DNA of 64,000 nucleotides from Nitrosomonas sp. (GCF_019752095.1 NZ_JAIEMO010000030.1:1144-65143); one strand, 5' to 3'; shown: positions 1 to 10,204, counted from the first letter of the stretch. Notes: generated by a model not told the origin, from the sequence alone. Program-made: numbers and translations.

Positions 1-248
1 GGATTTTTATTTAATCTGTCCAAAACTTCATTCAGACTGGCTTTCAGATATTCGTCGGTGGTTGGGTTTTTTTTTTATCGGCAAATGTGTTCATTGCATC
101 ATGTGCGTCTTATAAGTGTAACTATATTTATTAAAGTCATTGATGTAGCGTTAGTTCTGATGGTTTCTGTCACTAATTGTAGTCATTATAAATTTTTCGT
201 TGATGACTGGGTAAAGTTTGAGTGATTGATGGCATCGGATAAACAGAC

Positions 249-1313
249 TCAATCAATATAGAATAAACCACGTCGCCGCACCATCTGCCAGTCAGAAAGA
301 TCGTCCTGACGACATACGCCGTAACGAAAAGAAGGCGGCAACTCCGGGAATTTGAAGCGTAGGTCGTAGAACCAGATACACAAGCCCAGTTCAGAAGTGT
401 CGGTGCGCTCCAGTATTGGAAATTGGGCAAAGACGCGGAAAGACTCAAAAGCAGGACTAAGCCACGCTTCACGGATGCGTGTTCTAGTGGTTGAATTGCC
501 GCCGAACTGTTGTTGAATGTGCCAATTGTTTTCCAAAATGGGGCGATAAGCTGCTGTCATTTTTGACAGCAGCCAGGTTGCTTGGTGTTGCCCTTGGGAT
601 TGGTGCAAATTCATATCGGCAAGGTGGTAAGTTTCATCGTGCTGGACGATAATTTTCCAGTGAAACGGCGACAACGGTTGTGGCAACACGGTGATGTGTG
701 CTTTTGGCAGAGCTTGGGCATCGGTATAACGGATGGCGATTTCGACAGCTTGCTGGTGCAGAGTCCATAAAAAAAATACATATCCGCACAAACTTGCCAA
801 CGCTGTGATGGCCGCGACTCGTTGTCGTGGATAGCGCCACGAAATGATCAGACCGACAATGATGATCAGGCTAAACCAAGGATCGATGACAAATACCAGT
901 GGCAGTGAAAAACGTTCGGTGGAAAAAGGTGCGAACAGCATCAGTCCATACGAAGTGATGTAGTCTTCCGCGATATGAATGGTAATGCCGAGGCATGCGG
1001 GAAGGAAAAACAGTTTCCAGGTATAGTCTCTTTGAGTAAACCAAGAAAACAGCCAGGCCAATAGCCATGCCCATAGCGGCAACAGAATCAGCGAGTGCGT
1101 CGGACCCTGGTGCCAATTCAGATATGTAAGCGTGTCGATCAGACGGAGCGCAAAATCTACATCCGGAAACGCAGCTGCGGCAAAGCCGGCGGCAATTTGC
1201 AAGCGCAATGGTAATGCAATGTTTTGCTCCGATTGTGATTGCGACGAAATTCGAGTTCGTGCTGCAATCCGAGCCAATAGGGCGCCGCTTAAAGCGTGCG
1301 TGAGCGGGTCCAT
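249..1313 (-). CDS. Membrane-bound metal-dependent hydrolase (YdjM/DUF457-like)
   Basis: N-terminal MDPLTHALSG, then PDVD, HQGPTHS and HIAEDYITSYG motifs; several hydrophobic helices. Confidence 0.8.
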   Translation of the reverse strand: MDPLTHALSGALLARIAARTRISSQSQSEQNIALPLRLQIAAGFAAAAFPDVDFALRLIDTLTYLNWHQGPTHSLILLPLWAWLLAWLFSWFTQRDYTWKLFFLPACLGITIHIAEDYITSYGLMLFAPFSTERFSLPLVFVIDPWFSLIIIVGLIISWRYPRQRVAAITALASLCGYVFFLWTLHQQAVEIAIRYTDAQALPKAHITVLPQPLSPFHWKIIVQHDETYHLADMNLHQSQGQHQATWLLSKMTAAYRPILENNWHIQQQFGGNSTTRTRIREAWLSPAFESFRVFAQFPILERTDTSELGLCIWFYDLRFKFPELPPSFRYGVCRQDDLSDWQMVRRRGLFYID

Positions 1314-1322
1314 AGTCTAAGA

Positions 1323-2048
1323 TCAGCCGGACTTGGCATGCATTCTAGGTGCAATCGGTTCCGTTAGTGGAGAGGATTCGGTTTTTGTGAAAATTTCAGG
1401 AGCAGGCTCAGATTGCTCGGCGGAATCGACCGTGGCTTCATTACGCGGAGCACCATAAATCCTATGATCCAGCGATTCAGCCAGCAGCAATTTGTGCTCC
1501 AGAAAATCGCGTGTGCGTTGTGAATTTTCTGATGCATCCTGCATCCAGTAAGTAAACGTTGCTAAGTAAATCGTGGTCAGCGCGGTTTCTTCCAGTGCGC
1601 GGCGCACAAACGTGGCCTCGCGTTGCGCGGCTTCGCGCATCCATTGTACCGTGCGGCTGATGCGCATGATGGCGGGAATCTGGATGTGCAAATGACCGGG
1701 CTCCAGTTTGGCACCGATCATTTGTCGCGTAACCTTGCGGTGAGTAACTAATGCATCCAGCCAAGTCATGATGAGATGCTGCAAGCGTTCACGTGGCGAT
1801 AACGATAGGAATATCACGGTTTCCGATGCTTTGAGCATTTGGCCGTCAGCCCTGTCAAACCAGGCATCAACCAAATCTTCTTTCTCACGGAAATAAAGAC
1901 GAATATCATCCAGAGAAATATTCAATTGAGTAGCGACATCAAACAAGCGTACTGCTTCCCAGGATGAACATTCGGCGATGGCAACGGCCGTATCCACGAT
2001 CGTGTCGCGTAACTCAGGCTTGCTTTTTTTCATCTTGATCCTCCGCAT
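1323..2048 (-). CDS. TetR-family regulator with COQ9-like C-terminal half
   Basis: N-terminal HTH pattern (VRLFDVATQLNISLDDIRLYFREKEDL); C-terminal YWMQDASENSQRTRDFL resembles the COQ9 family. Start may be the Met at 2033. Confidence 0.65.
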   Translation of the reverse strand: MRRIKMKKSKPELRDTIVDTAVAIAECSSWEAVRLFDVATQLNISLDDIRLYFREKEDLVDAWFDRADGQMLKASETVIFLSLSPRERLQHLIMTWLDALVTHRKVTRQMIGAKLEPGHLHIQIPAIMRISRTVQWMREAAQREATFVRRALEETALTTIYLATFTYWMQDASENSQRTRDFLEHKLLLAESLDHRIYGAPRNEATVDSAEQSEPAPEIFTKTESSPLTEPIAPRMHAKSG

Positions 2049-2140
2049 GGTATTGGTAGGAGCGGCGTAATTTGATTGCCATTTTCACTATAACATACAA
2101 GGAATCGTCAGAAAAATGGTAAATTAAGAAGAAATCCGAG

Positions 2141-2563
2141 GTGATTCAACATCAACTTGCGATTTCCCGTGGTCTTGCCACGGAGTTGTTTATTGTTGTC
2201 GCGCACAATCAAGATGATCATGCGAAAAATATTGCTTTCCTGATGGATAAACAAGGTATGCGGTCATTAGCATCGGCTTTTGATGTTACTTACGGTTATC
2301 AACCTGCTGGATCTTGGACTTCTATGCATCAAGTGACACTAAATGGCATGCGAGATGGATTCGAATTAGCTGATTTTATCGCGGTTGAAAAGATAGCCGG
2401 TCTGAAACGTGGACAAATGAAAGCGATTCTGCATGACGTGCAGCAAGTGGTGTTGCGCTGGCAGGATTACGCCGATGCTGCGAGCGTGAACGAGGATCGT
2501 CGTGAAAAGATCCAGAATGCCTTGCGGTTGGAATCTTTTCTAATGCAGGTTAATTTACAATGA
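2141..2563 (+). pseudogene. C-terminal remnant of a HipA-family kinase toxin
   Basis: NQDDHAKNIAFLMD catalytic loop and LASAFDVTY match HipA C-lobe motifs; the N-lobe and ATP-binding Lys are absent; no hipB upstream. Confidence 0.72.
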
Positions 2564-2997
2564 GTATCCGGATACGGTCCGTTCGAGATTCTGATTATCA
2601 GTGGTTACTTGAGTTGCACCATACCGTGTACCGTGACCTTATCACACAAGAGTTCGGCTATTGGGATAATGACGAGGAATTGGGTTTGTTCAAGAATTCA
2701 TGGGAATCGAAACAAATCGAAATTCTTTTGCAGAATGATAGACCTGTCGGCATGTTTATCGCCGTTACGCATGCGGATCATCTGTGGTTAGATGAGATTC
2801 AGATTGATCCTCATTATCAGAATCAAGGCATTGGCACTGAAGTGATTGGGAGACTGATTGCCAGAGCACGCGCGCGTCATTTTCCGTTGCGCTTGCGAGT
2901 TCTGCATGCTAACCAAAGGGCTTGCCGGCTTTATCAGAGATTGGGTTTTCTTCGGATTGACAGAGCAGAGCATCACCATCTGATGGAAATAAAATGA
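2560..2997 (+). CDS. GNAT family N-acetyltransferase
   Basis: Motif A EIQIDPHYQNQGIGT and NQRACRLYQRLGF; ATGA overlap with the HipA remnant. Confidence 0.82.
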   Translation: MSIRIRSVRDSDYQWLLELHHTVYRDLITQEFGYWDNDEELGLFKNSWESKQIEILLQNDRPVGMFIAVTHADHLWLDEIQIDPHYQNQGIGTEVIGRLIARARARHFPLRLRVLHANQRACRLYQRLGFLRIDRAEHHHLMEIK

Positions 2998-3411
2998 GAT
3001 TTTTGTGGGAAGGTCACCTGTTGTGATTGTTGAATTCGTTTTTGGTGATTTCTTATATTGAAATTGCCTGGTATGCGGCAGATACTCATTTCATTGGGAG
3101 ATATCGCGTATAACCCACAGTAGTAATGAGATGTTTTGTTTGAGTAATTGCTGGTGTTTTAGTTTGTTGCTGACTGACAGTGCCTTATGCGCAAGGTAGT
3201 GTTGAGAAATAGATTCTTTTTGATAATGGGCAAGCGCTGAAATGAATTGTCGGATCTGAAAGAAAGCAGGGTATTAATGTGGGAGAATACTGTAATTGGT
3301 GTGTAACATGCTGTTTATTAATATTTATATTTGAGATCAATAAATAATCAAGTTAGAAAAGATGTTTGGATTTGGTTACTTAATTTCCCTTTTTGTAATA
3401 TACGCACAGAC

Positions 3412-3434
3412 TTATCCACAGAAATTGTGGATAG
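3412..3434. promoter_or_regulatory. Inverted pair of DnaA boxes
   Basis: TTATCCACA (3412-3420, perfect) and TGTGGATAG (3426-3434, one mismatch) separated by 5 bp, next to an AT-rich tract. Confidence 0.55.
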
Positions 3435-3571
3435 AAAATGGATTGTTAAAATTGCATGATCAAGATACAGTGCGTGCCGGATTAACTGCTTAGTAATATT
3501 ATATGTAAATCAGGTAATATAGCAGGTTACAGAATAATACCTGGATCTAAAGTGAGTGAGGAGAGTATCGC

Positions 3572-4180
3572 GTGTTATCTTTAATTCAAGCTGCGGGTTG
3601 GCCAATTTGGCCGATCATAATTGCTTCCATAGTTGCCTTGGCCATTATCGGAGAACGGATGTGGACATTGCGTTTGACTGTCGTTGCGCCGAAAGAGTTG
3701 TTACCCCGGGTGTTAAGTGAATATAAGCGCAGTGGTGTTAATCCCGAAATGCTTGCGCGTTTGCAAATGCATTCTCCATTGGGGCAAATTCTTGCAGCCG
3801 GGCTGAGAAATGTTAAAAGTACACGTGAGGTAATGAAGGAATCGATTGAAGAATCAGGCCGGGTGATTGTGCATGATTTGAGTCGTTACCTGACTACATT
3901 AGGAACCATTGCTGCCTTGAGCCCATTGATGGGTTTGTTTGGTACATTGGTGGGTATGATTGAAATCTTCGGATCAAATTCTCCGACTGGTAGCAACCCG
4001 GCGCAGCTTGCTTACGGGATTTCAGTTGCGCTATATAATGCTGCATTTGGAATACTTGTGGCCATTCCCAGCATGATTTTTTATCGCCACTTCAGGGCAA
4101 GGGTTGATGATTTTGTGATAGAAATGGAATTGCAAGCGTTAAAATTGGTAGAGATTGTGCATGGAGAAAGAGAAGGTTGA
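3572..4180 (+). CDS. MotA/TolQ/ExbB proton channel family protein
   Basis: LTTLGTIAALSPLMGLFGTLVGMI and GISVALYNAAFGILVAIP transmembrane signatures. Confidence 0.88.
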   Translation: MLSLIQAAGWPIWPIIIASIVALAIIGERMWTLRLTVVAPKELLPRVLSEYKRSGVNPEMLARLQMHSPLGQILAAGLRNVKSTREVMKESIEESGRVIVHDLSRYLTTLGTIAALSPLMGLFGTLVGMIEIFGSNSPTGSNPAQLAYGISVALYNAAFGILVAIPSMIFYRHFRARVDDFVIEMELQALKLVEIVHGEREG

Positions 4181-4775
4181 GTTTTTCCTTGGCCGCGAAT
4201 TTGGTGGTCAGGAGATATTCGAGATGCATGTTCCTATGCTGCGCAGAATGTTAAAAAACTTTGTCATTGCTCGGCAAATTCCAATTTATAAGCACGGATT
4301 AAAAGTGACTTTAATACCTCGCTGCTTGCGGCGGGGTGCTTTATTCTTTTAATCTTTTAAAATTTGCAGGGACACGAGCAATTTTTAGCTGCAGTAACAA
4401 ATCATGATCCTGAGGCAGTAGTGTATACTGCGGCTCAATTATTTTTACTGAAAATTTACGCTGAAACAGACGGCTTGACACGATACGGTAGAACGCATAG
4501 GAAGTCAGATGTTAGGCGTTTGTTTTGCTGCCAATCCGGATAAAATATTGCGGAAGGGATTGTCGAGTGATGCCATTTTGGTATTCATTTTTTCTTTGGC
4601 GCGCTATGAAATGTTTTTTGATAATCCAAAGCAGCAGTGCTTGGTTTGTCGTAAAATTTGATCTGCTAGGCAATGCCGGTGAAATCAGATAGCGTTGAAT
4701 CAGGGATTGATGAGCCTGTTACATGGTATTTGACCTTACTGAAGAAAACATGAAAATTGGCTGTATTACAAGTAA

Positions 4776-5585
4776 ATGAATGAGAATTCTGAAACCTTGA
4801 GAAATATTAATTATCGTTATTTGATTTTTATTATATTTTTTTTCTGCTTGGCAGTCTTGCAAGGGTGCGCGACAACACCAAAAAATAGTGATGAAGATAT
4901 TGATCCGACTGATCCGCATGAGAAAATTAATCGTGCTTCTTATGATTTTACGGATAGAGTCGATCGGGCTATCTTTGAGCCCGTTGTGAATGTTTATGCT
5001 GATTATGTACCCAGTGCTGCACAGCGATCCATTGGAAATTTCTATGATAACTTGGCATATCCGAATGTTGCCCTAAATTCTTTTTTACAAGGGAAGGTGA
5101 AACAGGGTGCTGGAGATACGTTACGCTTTATTATAAACTCAACGATTGGTATGGCCGGACTTTTTGATATGGCGACCCACATGGGGTTGCAAAAACATGA
5201 TGAGGATTTCGGTCAGACGTTAGGTGTATGGGGAGTTAATCCAGGTTCTTATTTATTTGTTCCGCTACTGGGGCCGAGTAGTGAACGTGATGTAACCAAT
5301 ATTCCAGTGGGTCTTGTTACTAATGTGCTTTTTTACGCTGGTCTTGCGATAGGTACGTACTTTGCTGCGCCGCTTACCCTCCTGGGTGCTATCGACAAAC
5401 GTGCGCGTTTAATTGGTCCGATGCAGATTCGGGATGAGGCGGCATTGGATCCATACTTATTTGTACGTGAAGCATCCATGCAACAGCGTGAATTCCTGAT
5501 ACATGATGGCAAACTGCCCCTAGACCTTTATTATGATCCTTTTCAGGATAATCCATTTGATAACGATGTGAAGATTAAGAAATAA
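4776..5585 (+). CDS. mlaA: VacJ/MlaA family lipoprotein
   Basis: Lipobox LQGC; DPHEKINR, EDFGQTLGVWGV, YLFVPLLGPS and DPYLFVR motifs. Confidence 0.9.
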   Translation: MNENSETLRNINYRYLIFIIFFFCLAVLQGCATTPKNSDEDIDPTDPHEKINRASYDFTDRVDRAIFEPVVNVYADYVPSAAQRSIGNFYDNLAYPNVALNSFLQGKVKQGAGDTLRFIINSTIGMAGLFDMATHMGLQKHDEDFGQTLGVWGVNPGSYLFVPLLGPSSERDVTNIPVGLVTNVLFYAGLAIGTYFAAPLTLLGAIDKRARLIGPMQIRDEAALDPYLFVREASMQQREFLIHDGKLPLDLYYDPFQDNPFDNDVKIKK

Positions 5586-5707
5586 TGTTCTTGATTTTAT
5601 TTTGCTTCATTAGGCATCGAGTATCCGAACAATCATGCAACCGATTGTGTTAATGAAATACACCTCATTATTTTAAATATTTAATAGATATAAATGCTTA
5701 GGAGTAT

Positions 5708-7711
5708 ATGGACGGATTACAGAGAATATTGGATATATCGCAGCAGCAGGGTGGGTTTACTGTGAATGATGAAGTGCCATCATCGTATTCAGTGCCCAGT
5801 CTGAGTCAGGATGAAATCAATGTCGATGAGCTGGAAAATAAGTTTACCCAAGCTCGTTCGGCCATATTGTCATTACAGAAATCCGATGGACATTGGTGTT
5901 TTCCGCTTGAGGCGGATTGTACAATTCCAGCAGAGTATATTCTGATGATGCACTTCATGGACGAGGTCGATGTCATTCTGGAGAATAAAATTGCTCGTTT
6001 TATTCGTGAAAAACAGGATCTGACCCATGGTGGATGGCCATTGTATTTTGGCGGTGCATTTGATATCAGCTGCACCATTAAATCTTACTATGCCTTGAAG
6101 CTGGTGGGCGATTCTCCTGATGCAACGCACATGGTACGTGCCCGGGAAGCTATTCTGGAGCGTGGCGGTGCGGCCAAGGCCAATGTTTTTACTCGATTGC
6201 TGTTAGCCATGTATGAGCAGATTCCTTGGAGCGGCGTGCCGGTTGTGCCCTCGGAATTAGTATTGCTGCCGAGTTGGTTTCCATTTCATATCAGCAAGGT
6301 CTCATACTGGTCGCGCGCTGTAATGATACCGCTATCCATTTTGTGCACGATCAAGGCACGTGCGATCAATCCGCGTAATGTAAATATCGATGAATTATTT
6401 GCTGTGCCGCCGGAACAGGAAAAGAATTATTTTCCGCAAGCGGACACTCTGTTGAAGCGCGCTTTTATGTTGGTCGAACGGGTTTTGTCACGTGTTGAAC
6501 CCAAGCTTCCCCAATCTATACGTCAATATTCTATACGCAAAGCGGAAAATTGGACGCTTGAGCGTCTGAATGGTGAGTGTGGAATTGGTGCTATTTTCCC
6601 TGCAATGGTCAACGCGCATGAATCACTGGCATTGCTGGGCTATGCGTATGACCATCCCAATCGAGTGCAATGTCGTAATGCGTTACGTGGGTTATTAATT
6701 GATGAAGGGGAGCGTGCTTGGTGTCAGCCCTGTACCTCACCAGTTTGGGACACGGTATTGACAAGTTTGGCATTGCAGGAAGATTCAACGACAGATCAGG
6801 AGCCTGTGTTAAAAGCATTGGATTGGTTAGTTGAGCAACAGGTTTTGGATGAGCCGGGTGATTGGCGCGACAAACAGCCTAATTTGCTAGGGGGAGGCTG
6901 GGCATTTCAATACGCCAATCCGCATTATCCAGATCTTGATGACACCGCGGCTGTAGCTTGGGCGTTGGATCAAGGCGATGCGCAGCGTTACCAGAAATCC
7001 TTGGATCGCGCAGCCGATTGGCTAGCAGGCATGCAATCACGTAATGGTGGTTTCGCAGCCTTCGATATTGATAATACCTATCACTATTTGAATGAAATTC
7101 CTTTTGCCGATCACGGTGCGTTGATTGATCCACCCACCAGTGATGTGACGGCGCGTTGTGTTGGTTTCCTGGCAAAATATGGGAAGCACCAGCGTGAAGT
7201 TTGGCGTGGTATCAGTTTTTTGCTGCGGGAGCAGGAGAAGAGCGGGTCTTGGTTCGGACGCTGGGGTACCAATTATATTTATGGTACGTGGTCAGTGTTG
7301 GAAGCCTTCCAGCTGGCCGAGTTTGATATGCAGCACGCATCGGTGCGGCGTGCCGTGAAATGGTTAGAATCCGTGCAGAGAGCTGATGGCGGTTGGGGTG
7401 AAACGAACGATTCCTATCTGGATGCACAGCTGGCCGGACAACTTCCCGAGACCAGCACGGCATTTCAAACCGCCTGGGCCGTGTTGGGCTTGATGGCGGC
7501 CGGTGAAGTTAATAGTGTGTCGGTACGTAGAGGGATCAATTACTTGCTGCGTAATCAAGAGGATGATCATTTGTGGGAGGATCCTTGGTTTACCGCCCCC
7601 GGTTTCCCGCGAGTTTTTTATCTTCGCTATCACGGATATTCAAAATTCTTTCCGATTTGGGCCTTGGCGCGTTACCGTGCACTGACCAGAACAGTATCCG
7701 TATGTATGTAA
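5708..7711 (+). CDS. shc: Squalene-hopene cyclase
   Basis: YPDLDDTA (DxDD) catalytic motif; QW repeats (QKSDGHW, QEKSGSWFGRWG, QRADGGWGE); GFPRVFYLRYHGY. Confidence 0.96.
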   Translation: MDGLQRILDISQQQGGFTVNDEVPSSYSVPSLSQDEINVDELENKFTQARSAILSLQKSDGHWCFPLEADCTIPAEYILMMHFMDEVDVILENKIARFIREKQDLTHGGWPLYFGGAFDISCTIKSYYALKLVGDSPDATHMVRAREAILERGGAAKANVFTRLLLAMYEQIPWSGVPVVPSELVLLPSWFPFHISKVSYWSRAVMIPLSILCTIKARAINPRNVNIDELFAVPPEQEKNYFPQADTLLKRAFMLVERVLSRVEPKLPQSIRQYSIRKAENWTLERLNGECGIGAIFPAMVNAHESLALLGYAYDHPNRVQCRNALRGLLIDEGERAWCQPCTSPVWDTVLTSLALQEDSTTDQEPVLKALDWLVEQQVLDEPGDWRDKQPNLLGGGWAFQYANPHYPDLDDTAAVAWALDQGDAQRYQKSLDRAADWLAGMQSRNGGFAAFDIDNTYHYLNEIPFADHGALIDPPTSDVTARCVGFLAKYGKHQREVWRGISFLLREQEKSGSWFGRWGTNYIYGTWSVLEAFQLAEFDMQHASVRRAVKWLESVQRADGGWGETNDSYLDAQLAGQLPETSTAFQTAWAVLGLMAAGEVNSVSVRRGINYLLRNQEDDHLWEDPWFTAPGFPRVFYLRYHGYSKFFPIWALARYRALTRTVSVCM

Positions 7712-8430
7712 CCGGTTTGGTGACAGCTTTAAGAGCTGAAGCCAGTTGTGTATCATCGATGAGCATTCCGTTCAACGAAATGATGCAAATCAATGATCAC
7801 GCTGTTTTGTGGCTCAGTGGCATGGGCGCAGAAGCAGCACGAACAGCGGCGGAGGGATTGCTGAGGCAGGGTGTCACCGCATTGGCAAGTTATGGTGTTG
7901 CCGGCGCATTGGATCCCCGTTTAAAGCCAGGTGATTTGGTGTTGCCGGGGGCTATTATTCATTCCGCTGATCAGTTACCCGTAAATATGACTTGGCGCGA
8001 TAGACTGCAACGATTACTGCCGACGGATATTACTGTCATTAACGGTGTAATGACTGACAGTGCGGTACCTGTAACAGACGAAAATGCAAAAATGGATTTG
8101 GCTCGTTTCACAGGTGCTTGTGCGGTGGATATGGAGAGTGGTGCAATTGCAGCGGTAGCCGCGAAAGCAGGTATTCCTTTTGTCGCCGTGCGTGCTATTG
8201 TTGATCCGGTTCAATTTTCACCTCCGCAAGCATTGCTTAGTGCAGTATATCCTGATGGAGGGGTGAATCCGCTGCGCCTAATGGCGCTATTGCTGAAACG
8301 CTCAGTGCATTTGCGCGCGCTCATGCAGATGGGAATCGGTATGCACGCAGCGCGCAAAACATTATCACGAGTGATTCAATCTGCGGGTGTCGGTCTGGAT
8401 AGTCAGGAAACTGATAGATCGGTAGCATAG
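7702..8430 (+). CDS. hpnG: Hopanoid-associated nucleoside phosphorylase-like protein (HpnG-like)
   Basis: SYGVAGALDP, AVDMESGAIA and VRAIVD PNP/MTAN-fold motifs. True start is likely the ATG at 7702, overlapping the shc end, rather than the ORF-track start at 7573. Confidence 0.75.
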   Translation: MYVTGLVTALRAEASCVSSMSIPFNEMMQINDHAVLWLSGMGAEAARTAAEGLLRQGVTALASYGVAGALDPRLKPGDLVLPGAIIHSADQLPVNMTWRDRLQRLLPTDITVINGVMTDSAVPVTDENAKMDLARFTGACAVDMESGAIAAVAAKAGIPFVAVRAIVDPVQFSPPQALLSAVYPDGGVNPLRLMALLLKRSVHLRALMQMGIGMHAARKTLSRVIQSAGVGLDSQETDRSVA

Positions 8431-8431
8431 A

Positions 8432-10204
8432 TCATATTCTTTCGTGTGGCTGTAGCTGCAATGCTGCCAGCCGTGCGTATAAAGGGCTTGATTGCAGCAA
8501 TTCGGTATGCGTTCCCAACGCATCCAAATGACCATGGTCGAGCACCGCAATCCGGTCGGCGGATTGCACGGTAGACAAACGATGGGCAATAACCAACGTA
8601 GTGCGATTGCGCATCAGATGCTGCAATGCTTGCTGCACCCAAAACTCACTTTGTGCATCCAACGCACTAGTGGCTTCATCCAGTAACAGAATCGGTGTGT
8701 CGGCCAATAGCGCGCGTGCGATCGCTAGTCGTTGTTTCTGGCCACCCGATAAGCCTAATCCCGAATCCCCCAAATGTGTTTGATAGCCTTGTGGCAGCAT
8801 GCAAATGAAGTCGTGCGCGTAGGCTGCTTTGGCAGCTGCTTCGACTTCGGCATCGGTGGCTGCGGGGCGGGCGTAGCGAAGATTCTCGCTGATGGTGCCG
8901 TAAAATAGCACCGGATTCTGCGCTACTAGGGCAAAGCAGTGCCTTAGTGCAAAAAGATCTAGATGTCGGATATCAATGCCTTCCAGCTTGATACTGCCGG
9001 ATTGGCAATCAAAAAAACGTAGCAATAGGTCAAACAGCGTGGATTTTCCTGCGCCGGAAGGACCCACCAGCGCCAACGTTTCGCCTGCACGGATCGTTAA
9101 TGACAGTTGGTTGATAGCTAACACCTCGGGACGAGAAGGATAGGCAAAGCACAAGTTATCGATGACAATATTTCCAGATACTTCTGGTAACGGGTGGAGT
9201 TTTTCAGGCGATTGAATCAGATTCGGTGCTAGTAATAGCTCGATCGTCCGTTCGGCGGCACCAGCGGCGCGCTGCAATTCGCCAATAACTTCCGAAATGG
9301 AGGCAACGGCTGAACCGACGATAACACTATAGAAAACAAAAGCGGCCAATTCACCAGCGCTGATGTGACCTTCGATTACGTCCATGCCACCGACCCATAG
9401 CATTAGCCCGACAGCACCGAGTACCAGAACAATGACAATGGTGATCAGTAACGCGCGTTGCGTGGTGCGTTGCTTGGCAACCGCAAAAGCTGCTTCGACT
9501 TGATCATGAAATGAGTGTTGATCAATGGGTTGATGATTATAAGCCTGCACGGTTTTAATTTGTCCGAGCACTTCGCCGACATAAGCGCCGACCGCAGCAA
9601 CTTTGTCCTGGCTTTGACGTGATAAATGTCGTACCCGGCGACCATAAATCAGAATGGGTGCTACGACCAGCGGCACACATATCATCACCAGCACAGTAAG
9701 TTTGGCATTGGTGATAAATAGCCAAATAATGCCGCCTACCATCATAATCAAATTACGCAGCGCGAATGAAACGGAAGACCCGATCACGCTTTGTAGTAAC
9801 GTCATATCAGCGGTCAGGCGCGATTGAATTTCGAGGCTGCGGTTTTGCTCAAAAAATCCGGGATGCAGGTGGATCAAGTGGTTGAATACTTTGCGGCGAA
9901 TATCGGCAATGACTCGTTCACCCAGCCAGGTGACCCAGTAATAGCGGGTGAATGTGCCCGCAGCTAAGGCAATCACCAGCAGCAGAAATATTCCCACATA
10001 TTGACTCAGCAGCTCTTTCGATTGCGTCGCAAATCCTTGATCTATCAGCAAGCGAATGCCCTGACCAATCGACAACGTAATGGTGGCTGTGAATAACAAA
10101 GCCAATAAGCTGTAGACGACCTGATGCTTGTAGGGTGCAATAAAATCTGCTGCCATTTTGATTGCCTGCCAGCGTGTTTGCGCACCTTTCTGAGAATTTT
10201 CCAT
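8432..10204 (-). CDS. ABC half-transporter, fused TMD and NBD (MsbA-related)
   Basis: Six-TM domain; Walker A GPSGAGKS, signature LSGGQKQR, Walker B LLLDEATSALD, H-loop IAHRLST. Confidence 0.9.
   Translation of the reverse strand: MENSQKGAQTRWQAIKMAADFIAPYKHQVVYSLLALLFTATITLSIGQGIRLLIDQGFATQSKELLSQYVGIFLLLVIALAAGTFTRYYWVTWLGERVIADIRRKVFNHLIHLHPGFFEQNRSLEIQSRLTADMTLLQSVIGSSVSFALRNLIMMVGGIIWLFITNAKLTVLVMICVPLVVAPILIYGRRVRHLSRQSQDKVAAVGAYVGEVLGQIKTVQAYNHQPIDQHSFHDQVEAAFAVAKQRTTQRALLITIVIVLVLGAVGLMLWVGGMDVIEGHISAGELAAFVFYSVIVGSAVASISEVIGELQRAAGAAERTIELLLAPNLIQSPEKLHPLPEVSGNIVIDNLCFAYPSRPEVLAINQLSLTIRAGETLALVGPSGAGKSTLFDLLLRFFDCQSGSIKLEGIDIRHLDLFALRHCFALVAQNPVLFYGTISENLRYARPAATDAEVEAAAKAAYAHDFICMLPQGYQTHLGDSGLGLSGGQKQRLAIARALLADTPILLLDEATSALDAQSEFWVQQALQHLMRNRTTLVIAHRLSTVQSADRIAVLDHGHLDALGTHTELLQSSPLYARLAALQLQPHERI

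Noticed and set aside
1-94. Minus-strand frame MNTFADKKK...PTTDEYLKASLNEVLDRL broken by a T10 run (67-76); possible phase-variable gene running off the window
   Set aside because: Needs a 1-bp change to open; no RBS or recognisable homology, and no downstream sequence is available to test it.
2560-2997. GNAT as a toxin of a HipA/GNAT toxin-antitoxin locus
   Set aside because: No RHH antitoxin upstream; the sequence looks like a generic small-molecule GNAT, not an AtaT/TacT type.
2998-3571. oriC
   Set aside because: Only two convincing DnaA boxes, no clear DUE repeats, and no dnaA/gidA/rpmH context.
4155-4352. 65-aa ORF as exbD
   Set aside because: Lacks the TM helix and the conserved DV..LL Asp motif of ExbD/TolR.
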